From NCBI RefSeq assembly GCF_020745735.1, contig NC_083417.1:63860001-63924000 (forward strand): 64,000 bases of DNA, given 5' to 3'. This document shows positions 24,650-36,842 of this stretch, piece by piece. The first letter of the stretch is position 1; each line of letters opens with the position of its first letter. Position numbers and translations under genes: made by a program. Below the pieces are notes generated by a model that saw only the letters and a program-made list of their open reading frames with translations, did not search any database and was not told the origin of the DNA. Source of the DNA: Hemiscyllium ocellatum (Eukaryota).

Positions 24650-26500
24650 TTAAAAACACACAATACCACGTTATAGTCCAAAAGGTTTATTTGCTCCTTC
24701 ATCTGGCAGTTTTGGAGAAGGAGCATAAGGCTCAGAAAGCATGGCAAAAGGTTACAGTGTAATGCAACTGAAATGACATCTTGAACACACTTAGATTGCT
24801 GTTAAGTCTTTCAACTTTTAGAATGGGTTGCAGGTTTTGGTTCATTCGCATGTAACTCCCAGAACTTCTTGAAGGTTAAATCCACGAAATAGTTTAAGGT
24901 TTTATTTTTAAAAAGATGACATCTCAGCTCAGAAAATGCATTAAAGGTGTAAAGTTAGAGTCTGTCTGTATCCTAATGTTGAGTCAGATTAGATCCAGCT
25001 TATGAGATAGTCGACATTGGCCAAGTCACAAGAGTGTCTGCTGCATACATGACAGATGGTGTCCCCACAAGTAATGGTGGTATCTGTGTCGACATTCTGA
25101 CACTTTGGCAGTGGTTGCCTTGTCAGAGTTATACGGTGTTGTGGTCGATGTTGTTCGGAATACTGGGCAGTTTGCTACGCACATTCATCTGCATAAGATT
25201 TGGTGGTTGTTTACGTTGTGAATTGGAGGCAAAAGGGAAGGTTTGGGCGAGGTGCTCATACTCATCGATAATGTTTTGCAGGCTGTGAAGAACATGGTGT
25301 AGTTTTCCCACTTCTGAGATGTATTGGACAACGAAGGGTACCCTGTCAGTTGCATCCCATGTCTGTCTCTGGAGGACGTCATCACAGTTTCTCACTGTGG
25401 CACATCAGAACTAGTGATCAATGAGTTGAGCATCTGTTCTTATGAGGTTACCCTTGAGCACCTTCTGGTATCTGCCATGCTTCTCCTCATCTGAGCAGAT
25501 CCTGTGTACCCGTCGGGCTTGTCCATAGAGGATGATTGTTTTAATAGGATGAATAGCTTCTAGGGTGGAAGCTAAAGAAGTGTAACATCGTGAGGCTATC
25601 CATGAGTTTGCAGTAGAATGAGATGCTGAACTGCCCACCTTTGACGGAGCTGCATGATTCCAAGAATGAAACTCAGACTGAACAGTAGTCCATGGTAACT
25701 CTGATGGTGCAGCTGTTTCTGTGATACCTTGCAATGGGTCCAGAGAATGTCATTATCGTATCACACAATGGGACCCAGTCTGACCATGTCAAAGACAACT
25801 TGAAATCCATTATATATGGGACTCCAGCTCCAATTGCAACACTACAGATTTGTAACAGAATCTCAACACCCACAGACTAGTGAAACCGGGAGCTTTGTGA
25901 GAATGTGTCACGTGCACACTGTAACTTCTCTCCCTCTCTCTCTCCATCGCTCATGGACGTGCTCACATATATAATTCTACATGGTGAAGTTGCATTTGTA
26001 AAATTATATTTGTAGATAGTTTCCATTTTGCTCAAAGAATGCACAAATTGCATACAATCAATGGAGGCAGTCAATTGAAATCATACTTTGGAAATGGAAC
26101 CAGTCTGATTCAAGACTGGGATACAGACACATCATTATACCTTTAATGAATCGTCTGAGTTGAGATATCACCTTTAAAAAAAATGAAGATATCTCGAGAA
26201 TTTAACTTAAAAGAAGTTTTGGAGTTTAAATATATATGAACTGAAACCTGAAACCATTCTAAAAGATGAAAGATTTAAATGCAGTCTGGATTTGTTCAAT
26301 ATATCATTTTAGTTGCATTACAATGCAACCTTAAGTCATAAATTCTGAGTCTTATGGTTTGCTCCACAATTACCACATGAAGGAGCAGTGCCCTGAAAGC
26401 TAGTGCTTCTAAATACTGGTAAACCTGTTGGATGTAACCTGGTGTTGCGTGATTTTTTAACTTTGTCCACCCCAGTCCAATACTGGCTCCTCCACATCAT
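24650..26500 (-). mobile_element. Penelope-like element with inverted terminal segments
   Basis: Reverse ORFs YGQARRVHRICSDEE..., RVPFVVQY...LHHVLHSLQNIIDEYEHLAQ are PLE RT-thumb-like; the termini at ~24650 and ~26420-26500 are in opposite orientation. Confidence 0.75.
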
Positions 26501-26999
26501 AGCCTTGAATTTGAATTTGTCAAAATTGGACACTCCGCAAGCACATCCCTGTCATGGCTATCAGCTCATTTTATGCTTTCAACTTTTTTCTCTTGTTAGT
26601 TTAGTTTTATGTTAACTTGTCTGACTGTCAGGTTCGTTAGCTATCGTAAAGTCTTCGCCAGAACTAAATCAGCTCCTCATGTGTGAGTTCAAATTGGAAT
26701 ATGACTTCAAGTTGAAGGTGCATTATCTGCTTTCATTCTATTTGATTTTACCGAGGCATGTTGTCTGTTTTGTTGTCCTGTGTCATTAATTTCTTGGACA
26801 ATTTTTTTAACCTTTTTTCAAGCTATCTGAAAATTTTCTTTTTCTAAGTTTTTTTTATTGTGGTCATGAAGCTGCTGTCACTGATAATATTTCTTAAATT
26901 GTCCCAGTTGGCCAGATTATAACATTCATCGCCACCTGCTGGATATGCTTTGCAAGTGGGATTCTTTTTTGGAGTTACAACATATGGTCAATATGTCAG

Positions 27000-28110
27000 A
27001 CAGTAATAGACATGGACAGCACAAAAAAAATTTTCATTCCAACTCATCCATGCTGCCCAGATATCGTAAATTAATCTATTTCTATTTGCCAACGTTTGGC
27101 ACGTTCCTCCAAATCCTTCCAATTCAAAAATCTATCTAAAACCTTTTAAATGTTGTAATGGTACCAGTCTCCACCACTTGCTCTGGAAGCTCATTCCAGA
27201 TATGCATTACCCTCTGCGTGAAAAATCTGCCCCTTAGGTCCCTTTTAAATATTTCCCCTCTCCCCTTAAACCTATGACTAACAGTTTTGAACTCCCCTAC
27301 CGAGAGGAAAGGACCTTCACTATTCACCCTATCCAAGCTCCTCATGATTTTCCAAACTTCTATAAGGGAATCCCTCAGCCTCCAACGTCCCAGAGAAAGC
27401 AAGCCCAGTCTATTCGATTTTTTTCTCATAACTCAAGCCATCCAAAACTGGCAACATCCTTGTGATTCTTTTCTGAGCTATTTCACCTTTAACAAAGCTT
27501 TTCCTACAACATGGAGACCAGAACTCAACATAGTGTTCAACGATGCCAAGCTAATGTCCCATACCTTCCAACTCCTCTATTCAATGAACTGACCAATAAA
27601 TGCATGGGTACTAAACGCCTTCTTCACTACCCTGTCAACCTGTGACTCCACTTTTAAGGAGCTACAAATATGTGCTCCAAGGTCATTTTTTTAGAGAATA
27701 TCCTACCAGGACCTTACCATTAAGTATTTAAATCCTGCCCTGAGTTGCCATGACAAAAGATCGTAGCTCACACTTATCAAGATTAAATCCATCTGCCACG
27801 CATCAGCTCATCGAGCCAGCTGATTAAGACTTCTTTGTACTCTAAAGTAACCTTCTTGGCTGTCCACTACACCATCAATTTTGGTGTAATCTTCAAATGT
27901 ACTAACAATTCCTTCTATATTCATAGCCAAATCGTTTATAGGAATGCAGAAAAACACTGGACCCAACACCAATCACTGTGGCACAAAGCTGGTCACAGGC
28001 CGCCAGTCTGAAATGAAAGCCTTCACCAGCACCACCTGTCTCCTATCTTCCAGCCTATCTTGTGTCCAAATGGCTAGTTATTCCTGTATTCCATGTGTTT
28101 TAACCTTGTT
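27000..28110 (-). mobile_element. CR1 3' half, antisense
   Basis: LGLLSLGRWRLRDSLIEVWKIM...FFTQRVMHIWNELP on the minus strand. Confidence 0.88.
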
Positions 28111-28690
28111 ACTCAAGGTTGGCATGAAGATTTGTAGCTCAGGCGCTGTTTATTGTGGTTGTGGGTATGTTGCCCGAGTTGGGAGGTTGATTTGCAAATG
28201 TTTCGTCCCCTGTCTCTCTGACATCTTCAGTGTTTTGGAGTCTCCTGTGAAACGCTGTTATATTGTGTCTTCCGGAATCTATTTGATCCATTCCTGCTGC
28301 TTCCGGTTGCTGGTTCCTGTCGTTTGTTGACGTGGCCAGTTTATTTTGTCTGGAACTATGTGTTTTTTGATGGTGTCTGTGAATGAGTGTCATGATTCTA
28401 GAAATTCTCTGGTTGCCCTCTATTTAGCTTGTCCTATGGTCGTTGTGTTGTCCCAGTCGAATGGGTGGTACTTGTCATCTGTGTGTTTGGCTACGAAGGG
28501 CAGTTAGTCAAGGCATTTCAAGGCTAGTTGGTGTTCGTGGATGTGGATTGCTAGCTGTCTACCTGTTTGTGTTAGATAATACTTCATGCAATCCTTTCAT
28601 GGAATGTTGTAAATTACGCTAGTCTTGTAGATGATGGGCATTGGGTCTTTTGCTCTGGTGAATTGTTGTTTGAACGTGGCTGTTAGATTA
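28111..28690 (-). mobile_element. Penelope-like GIY-YIG/3' fragment
   Basis: Similar to the 52298-52700 arm (GTCCCAGTCGAAT..., TCCTGTGAAACGCT). Confidence 0.75.
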
Positions 28691-30670
28691 TATGCTGCCA
28701 TTAATCCAATCTGCCATAAATGCTGTTGGACAGTATATTCCTGTCAGGGTGAAAGGGAAGGCTAGTATGTATAGGGAATGCTGGATGACTAAAGAAATTG
28801 AGGGTGTGTTTAAGAAAACGAAGGAAGCATATGTCAGGTATAGACAGGATAGATCGAGTGAATCCTTAGAAGGGTAAAAAGGAAGGAGGAGTATACTTCA
28901 GAGGGAAATTAGGAGTGTAAAACGGGGACATGAGATAGGTTTGCCAAATAGAATTAAGGAGAATCCAAAGGTTTTTAACGAAAATATTTAGAACAAAAGG
29001 TTAACTAGAGAGAGAAAAGGTCCCCTCAAAGATCAGCAAGGTAGCCTTCGTGTTGAGCCACAGAAAATGTGGGAGATATTACATGAATATTTTGCATCAG
29101 TATTTACTGTGGAAAAGGATAGGGAATATACAGACTGTAGGGAAATACATGGTGACATCTTGAAAAGTGATTGCTGGGCCTCTTACTAAGCTATTTGTAT
29201 CATTGGTAGTCACAGGTGAGGTACCGGAAGACTGAAGGTTGGCAAATGTGGTGCCACTGTTTAAGAAGGGTGGTAAAGACAAGCCAGGGAACTATAGACC
29301 CCCAAGCCTGACCTCGGTGGTGGGCAAATTGTTGGAGGGAATCCTGGGGGACAGGATGTACACGTATTTGGAAAGGCAAGGACTGATTAGGGATAGTCAA
29401 CATGGCTTTGTGTGTGGGAAATGATGCCTCATAAACCTAATTGAGTTTTTTGAAGAAGTAACAAAGAGGATTGCTGAAGGCAATCTATATGGACTTCAGT
29501 AATGCGTTCAACAAGGTTCCCCATGGGAGACTGATAAGCAAGGTTAGACCTCATGTAATACAGGGAGAACTAGCCATTTGGATACAGAACTGGCTAAAAG
29601 ATAGAAGACAGAGTATGGTGGTGGGTGGTTGTTTTTCAGACTGGAGGTCTGTGATCAGTGGAGTGCCACAAGGATCGGTGTTGGATTCTCTACTTTTTGT
29701 CAGTTACATAAGTGATTTGGATGCAAGCATAAGAGACATAGTTAGTAAGTTTGCAGATGACACCAAAACTGGAGGTGCAGTGAACAGCGAAGAGGGTTAA
29801 CTCAGATTACAACAGGATCAGGAGCAGATGGGCCAATGTGCTGAGAATTGGCAGGTGGAGTTTAATTCAGAGCAATGCGAGGTACTGCATTTTTGGGAAA
29901 GCAAATCTTAGCAGTACTTATACACTTAATGTTAAGGTCCTAGGGAGTGTTCCTGAACAAAGATACCTTGGATTGCAGGTTCATAGCTCCTTGAAAGTAG
30001 AGTCATAGGTGGATAGGATAGTGAAGAAGGCCTTTGGTATGCTTTCCTTTATTGGTCAGAGTATTGAATACAGGAGTTGGGAGGTCGTGTTGCGGCTGTA
30101 CAGGACATTGGTTTGGCCTCTATTGGAATATTGCGTGCAATTCTGTTCTCATTCCTGTTGTAAAAATGTTATGAAAATTGATAGGATTCAGAAATGATTT
30201 ACAGATGTTGCCAGGGTTGGAAGATTTGAGCTTTAAGGAGAGGCTGAACAGGCATGTGCTGTTTTCCTGGAACATCGGAGTCTGAGGGGTGACCTTATAG
30301 AAGTTGACTCGATTATGAGAGGTATGGATAGCGTAAATAGGCAAAGTCTTTTCCCTGGGGTAGGGGTGTCCAGAATGGAGGGCATAGATTTAGGGTGAGA
30401 GGGAAAAGATATAAAAGAGACCAAAGGGGCAACTGTTTCACACAGTGGGTGATATGGGTATGGAATGAGCGGCCAGAGGAAGTGGTAGATGTTGGTATAA
30501 TTGCAACATTTTAGAGGCATTTGGATGGTGATTTGAATAGGAAGGGTTTGGAGAGACATGGGCTGGGAGCTGGCAGGTGGGACTAGATTGGATTGTGATA
30601 TCTAGACAGCATGGACGGGTTGGAACAAAGGGTCTGTTTCCATGCTGTGCATCTCTATGACTCCATGACT
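28691..30670 (+). mobile_element. CR1 ORF2 (RT) and 3' end
   Basis: ANVVPLFKKGGKDKPGNYRP, SQHGFV, GVPQGSVL, SKFADDTK, LEYCVQF. Confidence 0.93.
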
Positions 30671-32149
30671 TTGTTTGGACATCGCAACGAGAGATTGCTA
30701 TTAAAAATCTATTGTGAAGAAATAAAACACACTATCATTTCTATAGAACTGTGCTCGTTCTATTCAATGCTTCATAGCTTGAAGAAAAATAGATTGGGTT
30801 TTACGCTCTATCATAGTAACTTTGAAGTAACAACAGTTTAAAAAAGATGAAAAGATGACATAACCGGTTTGATTGATTCTTTACTTAAAGGGTAAAGGAA
30901 CTATAAATGGTAATCGCTGTTGGAAGAAGAATATGTGAAGAATTGTTATAAAGTCGAAATTGGAAACTGCACTCGTTGACGAAAGAGGATGGCTGAGATT
31001 ATTTGAATGATTGTTTAAAAATGTCAGATCCCAGAATATATTTGATATTTTATGATTCCACGCAGATAGATGTGAGCTCAGTAACTGTGTAATATTTGCA
31101 AAAATTTCATGAGAGATTCAGGAGATTCATGGATTATTCCACAGACTGAACTGTCAACAATTCCACATCAGTAACATAAACAAGACTGGCAATCACAAGA
31201 AAACAAAACAACACAGAACTCTAATCATTGATCTCGGATTATCACTCAGGATGTGTTGATTTGTAGTAGACAGTATGGCCTACAGACCAAACTTACATAT
31301 TTGTGTTTATGATTCATGCACAAGAATGCCCAGATCCCTTGGTTTTACATTTTTTGATGTTGTCCTCATTTGATAAATGCAATTCCCACAAAAGATAAAT
31401 GATCTCACAATTTCTTACATTTAATTCAAAATGCCAGATATGTGCTCACGCAGTTAACTAATCCAGATACTTTCTAAGATTCCATAAATCCTATTGCAAT
31501 AGGTCCTCTCATCTATTTTTGTGGCATCAGCAAATTTGGATGCATTACACTTCTCTCAATACCTGAAGAATCTTTAAAAATATTCTTCACTTCAGGTATA
31601 TGGACTTCATTGATTGAATCAGCATTCATTGCCCAATGCGAGTTGCCATTGAAAAGGTCCTGGGAAGGTTCCTTCTTGAACTGCTGTGGCCCATTTTAAG
31701 TTAAGTACACTTTGAAAGTATTTTCTTTTTAGTTTTGTGTTTCTTAATCCTGCGGAATAAAATTAGAAAGATTAGTTTTGAAACCCAGAGATTTATTAGG
31801 ATTACTACATCTCTATCAAGGAAGGAATTTCAAGTCATGGAGTTGCGTACACGTGAAGCTGATTAGTTTGTGAACGAGAGACTATTCAATGACAACTGCC
31901 CTTCGCCTGCCGACCACAAGGGTATCCGTTGTCAGTCAGCACATAGGCTTTGGCTGTGATTCAGATCAAAAGAGAAACCAGCACAGCAGATGAAGATAGA
32001 AACTTTGACTCTCTATTCTCTGCAGTAGATCTCTTTAATCCAAAAGAAATCGAAGCTGTCTTTACTTCAGAAGATGCTACAATTTGTGATTTTTAATTGT
32101 AGAGGATGAGTGACTCAACAGGTCACTTTGATACAAAGAGACATTCAAG

Positions 32150-32520
32150 TGAGGGAAGGAATTAAAAATGTAGTACAAATAGGGCGCAATATGATTATAG
32201 GAATAGAAACTGTTCTCCGCACCAAGAGGAAGAGACCCAAAGAATGTTCTGCCTATCCGATGTAAAGGTTAAAGACATCTCATTTGGAGTGGAACAAAAC
32301 TTGCAGAGGGACGGGAAGGATCCAGGTGCTGATAATTATGCTGAAAGCAGTGACACTGATAGGAGAAGAAAGAATGCTTTTTCTGAGATATTTTGAAAAG
32401 TTAGGAGCTAGATTAGAAGTAAGTACCTCAGTGTAACAACACAGAACTGCAGATACTGGAAATCGGGACCTTGAGTGGTTGAACTCGATACTGAATCGGG
32501 AAGACTGGAGGTTCCCCAAG
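32150..32520 (+). mobile_element. CR1 ORF1 (esterase-like) remnant
   Basis: RMFCLSDVKVKDIS..EQNLQRDGKDP resembles the ORF1 block at 49539 (CCFPGARIKDVSE). Confidence 0.5.
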
Positions 32521-32534
32521 CTGAGAATGAAATG

Positions 32535-33060
32535 CCATTCTTCTAGCTTGCACTAGCTTTCACTGGAGTGCTGCAGCAAGCCTGCTTGACCGATGTTGGC
32601 CTCAGAACACAATGGTGCATTGACGTTGCAGGCAACAAGGAGCTCAAGGTCATTTTTTTGCAGATACAATGCAAGTCTTCTCTAAAGCGGTCCCCAAGTC
32701 TGAGCATGGTCACTTGTATAGGGGACCACATTGAGAGTGCTACCATCCACATTGAAAGGATTATAAGTCACCACTTCGGTGAGCTCCAGTCGGATGCTCC
32801 CTTCCCCTCAATTGTCAGCCAGCGGCACAGCCAGTTTCCAGTGGGAAACCTTGCCCTGCTCCTGCTCCAATCCAAATGTCGCCCCAATCACCACAGTGCA
32901 TTCACAGACAATCGCAGACGTTGTAACGCTGTTTCATTTATTTCCTCCCGCTTCACTATCCAAGGCCCCAGGCACACATTTCAATTGAACAAGCTATTTA
33001 CCTGTACTTAATTAAAACTCCTGTACTGTACTCGCTGCTCACCATGTCGAAGAGTGAGGG
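32535..33060. mobile_element. Penelope-like fragments
   Basis: Similar to 45900-46300 (CCAAGGCCCCAGGCACACATTTCAA vs CCAAGGGCCCGGACACACCTTCCAA). Confidence 0.5.
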
Positions 33061-34354
33061 AAATCGGTGGCATACAGCAAAATCCCAGTCATTAATTCTT
33101 TGCCATGTTAATTCTTATGTCCACTCAAACTGAATCCACAGCTGGATAAATTTCATTTATGCTACCAGTCACTATTACACTGATATTTGCCTTTGTTAAT
33201 AAAATTACTGCACCTCGTCCTGTTTTCTGTTTTGCCTATTCTTTCAGTACACTGAATACCTTCGAATATAGTTTTGCCAAAATTTCCCGCTCTGCAAACA
33301 TGTCTTTGCAATGGCTATCAACGCACGTTAAATTATTTCTATTTAAGCAGGGCTTTCGGCCTCCAAAACCTTTCAAAGTCAGCATGGTCCATCATCCTGT
33401 CTGCACTTCCCCAGTCTAGTTCTGTTCGAATTTCTGTTAAAGCCCTCCTTTCTTTCAAAGTCATCATTAGCGATTCAGTTTGTGCATATATTCAAGTTTT
33501 GAGATCCCAGGAATTATTCTAGAAATGCTTTGTTGAATTCCATCTTTTGTGAGATCATACTTTTTTATACCCAGCTACCAAAGCTGGTATATTCCTGGTT
33601 TGTTCTCACTGAGGCCCTGTACAAATGCAGTATATATGCCTGCAAGTCCATTCTAATCTTTTAGCTTTGGAGGTCAACATGCAAAGTACTTCTTCAACAC
33701 CTGCTGCGAAGGCATGCTAACTATATACTACTATAGTTATAATATATATATAACGTTATATATATAGTTATAGTTATATATATAACGTTATTCAGACCTC
33801 AGCTTCACACTCACCACTCCCACCTTTCAACACATGCCCATAACAACCAGCCCCACCTCCCCCAATTCCAAACGACCACCACCGCCGCACTTTCCACGCC
33901 ATCTGATTTCCTGCTTTCACTACCAAATGGGAACCTCATGTTTAACTGAAAGATAACCATTTCTGCAATCTCCTTGCAGCTAACTCTCAGATTAAGGCCG
34001 TCTGCAAACAAATGGAACATGCTTTGCGATGGCTTACGAATGCATTAATACACATTGAGCATAGCTGAGGTCAAAGCTCTGACCGCTATGCTATGAATCA
34101 CTGAGCGACACTTGGAAAATGAAGCATGCATAGCCTCTCGATGCTTCTTGTCTGCCAAACAGTTCTTTATTAAGGCCAAACCTCTTCCTGACACAATGTC
34201 ATGATTAAATTGTTGTATCAAGCCACTTTATTGCAAGAAATGGTATACTTCAAATTAATTGAAATATTTCCAAAACAATTTGTACAGCAAATGCATGAAT
34301 TAAGTTGAAACTTAATGTACAAAACGAACAGAGGAATGGTATTGAAAAACGGAA

Positions 34355-34695
34355 TCTGTGTTCATGCCTGTAGCCTCATTGCCATGGACCCAGTTTCGAA
34401 TCCACTCTCGGGCGACTTTACTTTATATGCAGTTTGCATAATTTCCCCGAGTTTGCATGGGTTTACTCCGGGTGCACCAGCTTCCTGCCACGGTCCAGAC
34501 ATGTGCAGGTTAGGTGAATTATCCATGCTAACTTGCCCACAGTGTTCAGAGATATCTAGATTAGGTGCATTAGTCATGGGAAATATAAAGTAATAGGGTA
34601 GGCAAATGGGTCTGTGTGGAAAATTTTCCAGAAGATCAGTGTGGACGCATTGAGCCGAATGGCCTGTTTCCACACTGTAGGGATTCTATGATTCT
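34355..34695 (+). mobile_element. Diverged V-SINE (HE1-like)
   Basis: V-core remnant and tail GGCCTGTTTCCACACTGTAGGGATTCTATGATTCT. Confidence 0.75.
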
Positions 34696-36659
34696 AAAAT
34701 TGGGACTCAGACGAAGTAATGCAACACTGAGTACAAAATTTCTCCTTCGGTATTTTTGCCTTGCAATTGAGCTATTCAGGATTAAAAACTTACGGTCGCA
34801 GCATTATTTATGAAAGACACAAATGTCCAGGCTTCCCTACTAAATGTCCAAGGGGAAAAATTTCCATACTTGGGCAGGCTCCCTCCTGTGAAACCACAGC
34901 CAACGCTCACACACACTCATAGGGACAGGGAGGTACAAATTGCTGAGGGAATTTTGAGCAATGGGTTATGTTGACACTGTCTCGTGAAACATCCTGACAC
35001 ATTTCCTTTGCCTTTCAGTACAAAAGTGCAGGTGTCAATTAATTTTATTCGTACCTTTGAGATAAGGACGACACATGGGTTAATGGCTTCATTGTTGCCA
35101 GGTGTTAGGAGGGTTTAGTTATGGGTATCTATGTGATATGCTTTCTCTGATAAAGACGTCATATTAGAAGATTCCTACAGCCCCCTGCTGCACAAGTGGA
35201 GACACTCATTCTCTATATTCTTTTCCATTGTGACGCACATTGTCCAGCTCAAAATTCCAGCAAGATCGAAGAAAACAGTAGTACCTTAAAATATGAGGTG
35301 ACCATACCAGGCATGGTCTTACACTTATCCTCACCCTTGCCACAGTGACCGTTACGACAGATAAACCACGTTTCTCCCTGACTCCTTTTTTTAACTGTCC
35401 TTTTATATGACGTGGTCATTCAAACACAGTTGCTGCAACCCTTTCACAATTGTCAGTCCTCCTTCCCCGACTTTGCCTGAAGCATCCAGACTGCACGATC
35501 AAATTGCCATGACTCCTTCAAGTGACAAGAGTCTCCCTATGTTGATCCCAGGTGAACATAGAAAACAACTTCGACTACTCGATCCTTCAGCTGTGATCAG
35601 CCATTGAGTAATATTCATGGCCGATCAAATTTTAGCCTCAATTTTTCATTCCTTTGGTCATCAACAATTTAACAATTTCTGCTTTAAATTATTTTAAGAT
35701 TCTATATCCACTGCTTTTTGAGCAGAGGAACTCACACTCCTAACAACATAAGAATATAAGAGCCACAAGCATGTAAAACAAATGCCATCCCTCCATTCAG
35801 CTCTGCCATTCGACACAAACATGATTGATTTCCTTTCGTCCTCAACTACATTTTCCTGCTCGCTCCGAATTTCTCATTCATCATCTGAGACATCTTCATT
35901 TCTCATCACACTTTCCGTTTAGTTTCCGTGAACGGACCTGACAGGACAGCTCTGGGCAAACTGTGGCCCGATTCTTCACTTGTGTCTATCAATCTGCCGA
36001 GTAGTTTTAATCCCACCCTTGGACTAATCTCCGTGAAGCCAAAGGACTGGCGATATTCCAGTCCTTAGACTGCAGACTCTGACCAAGACCAACCTGATCA
36101 GGGACCTCACTTTTCCTTGTCCTTTAGAATTGCATGAGAGATTGCTCTTCACTTCATGTTCCAAATCATCCTAAATGCTTAGTACCACCAAGGTTTTGAG
36201 AAATGGCTACACATGATGTGCCTTTGGCTCATAAACTGTCAGCACTGATTGTTGAGTTAGACTGATAGAGCACATTGCCGACATCAGGTTCAATGTCCTA
36301 TTGATAAAGAATTGCTCATCTGCAAATCAAAGTTGCACGGCTTTGAGACTTCGCTAATAGTAGGGTAAAGCATAGATTCTGAGATGATACAAGAGATCAG
36401 TAATTGAATTCACGAGAAGCGAGCAAGCGAGGCAATATTCCATGTACTCAAAGTGTCTTTCCACCCGACTTTCAAAACAGGTCATTGGTGCTCTTGACAA
36501 CAACTTAGTAAAATTAATCCGGTATTAGAGTACAAGTACTAACTATTGCTATCTGATATATCGCTGCAATGCTTATACACGGAGAAGAGAAATTTAACAC
36601 GCCCGAAGTTCAAATCTGAAAAAAATGCAAACAAAACACGACCAAGTATCTTCCGCATC

Positions 36660-36842
36660 TTATTTGTTACGGCTTGCTATTTCTTGCTGGTGCATAGTTA
36701 TCTTTTGTTCCTTTTCGTCTTCAGTCTGCAGCGCTGCACACTCTGTGCCTTCTTTGGGATTTTGATACTTATCCGGTTTCATTGGACTACTCAACGTTAG
36801 CGCAGTATTTGTCACCTTATCAGCGACAGCGTCTTGTGCGAC
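36660..36842 (-). CDS. Exon 6: distal cytoplasmic tail and stop
   Basis: Acceptor AATTTACAG, phase 0: VAQDAVADKVTNTAL...KYQNPKEGTECAAL...ASRNK*. The polypyrimidine tract is weak. Confidence 0.6.
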   Translation of the reverse strand, partial: VAQDAVADKVTNTALTLSSPMKPDKYQNPKEGTECAALQTEDEKEQKITMHQQEIASRNK

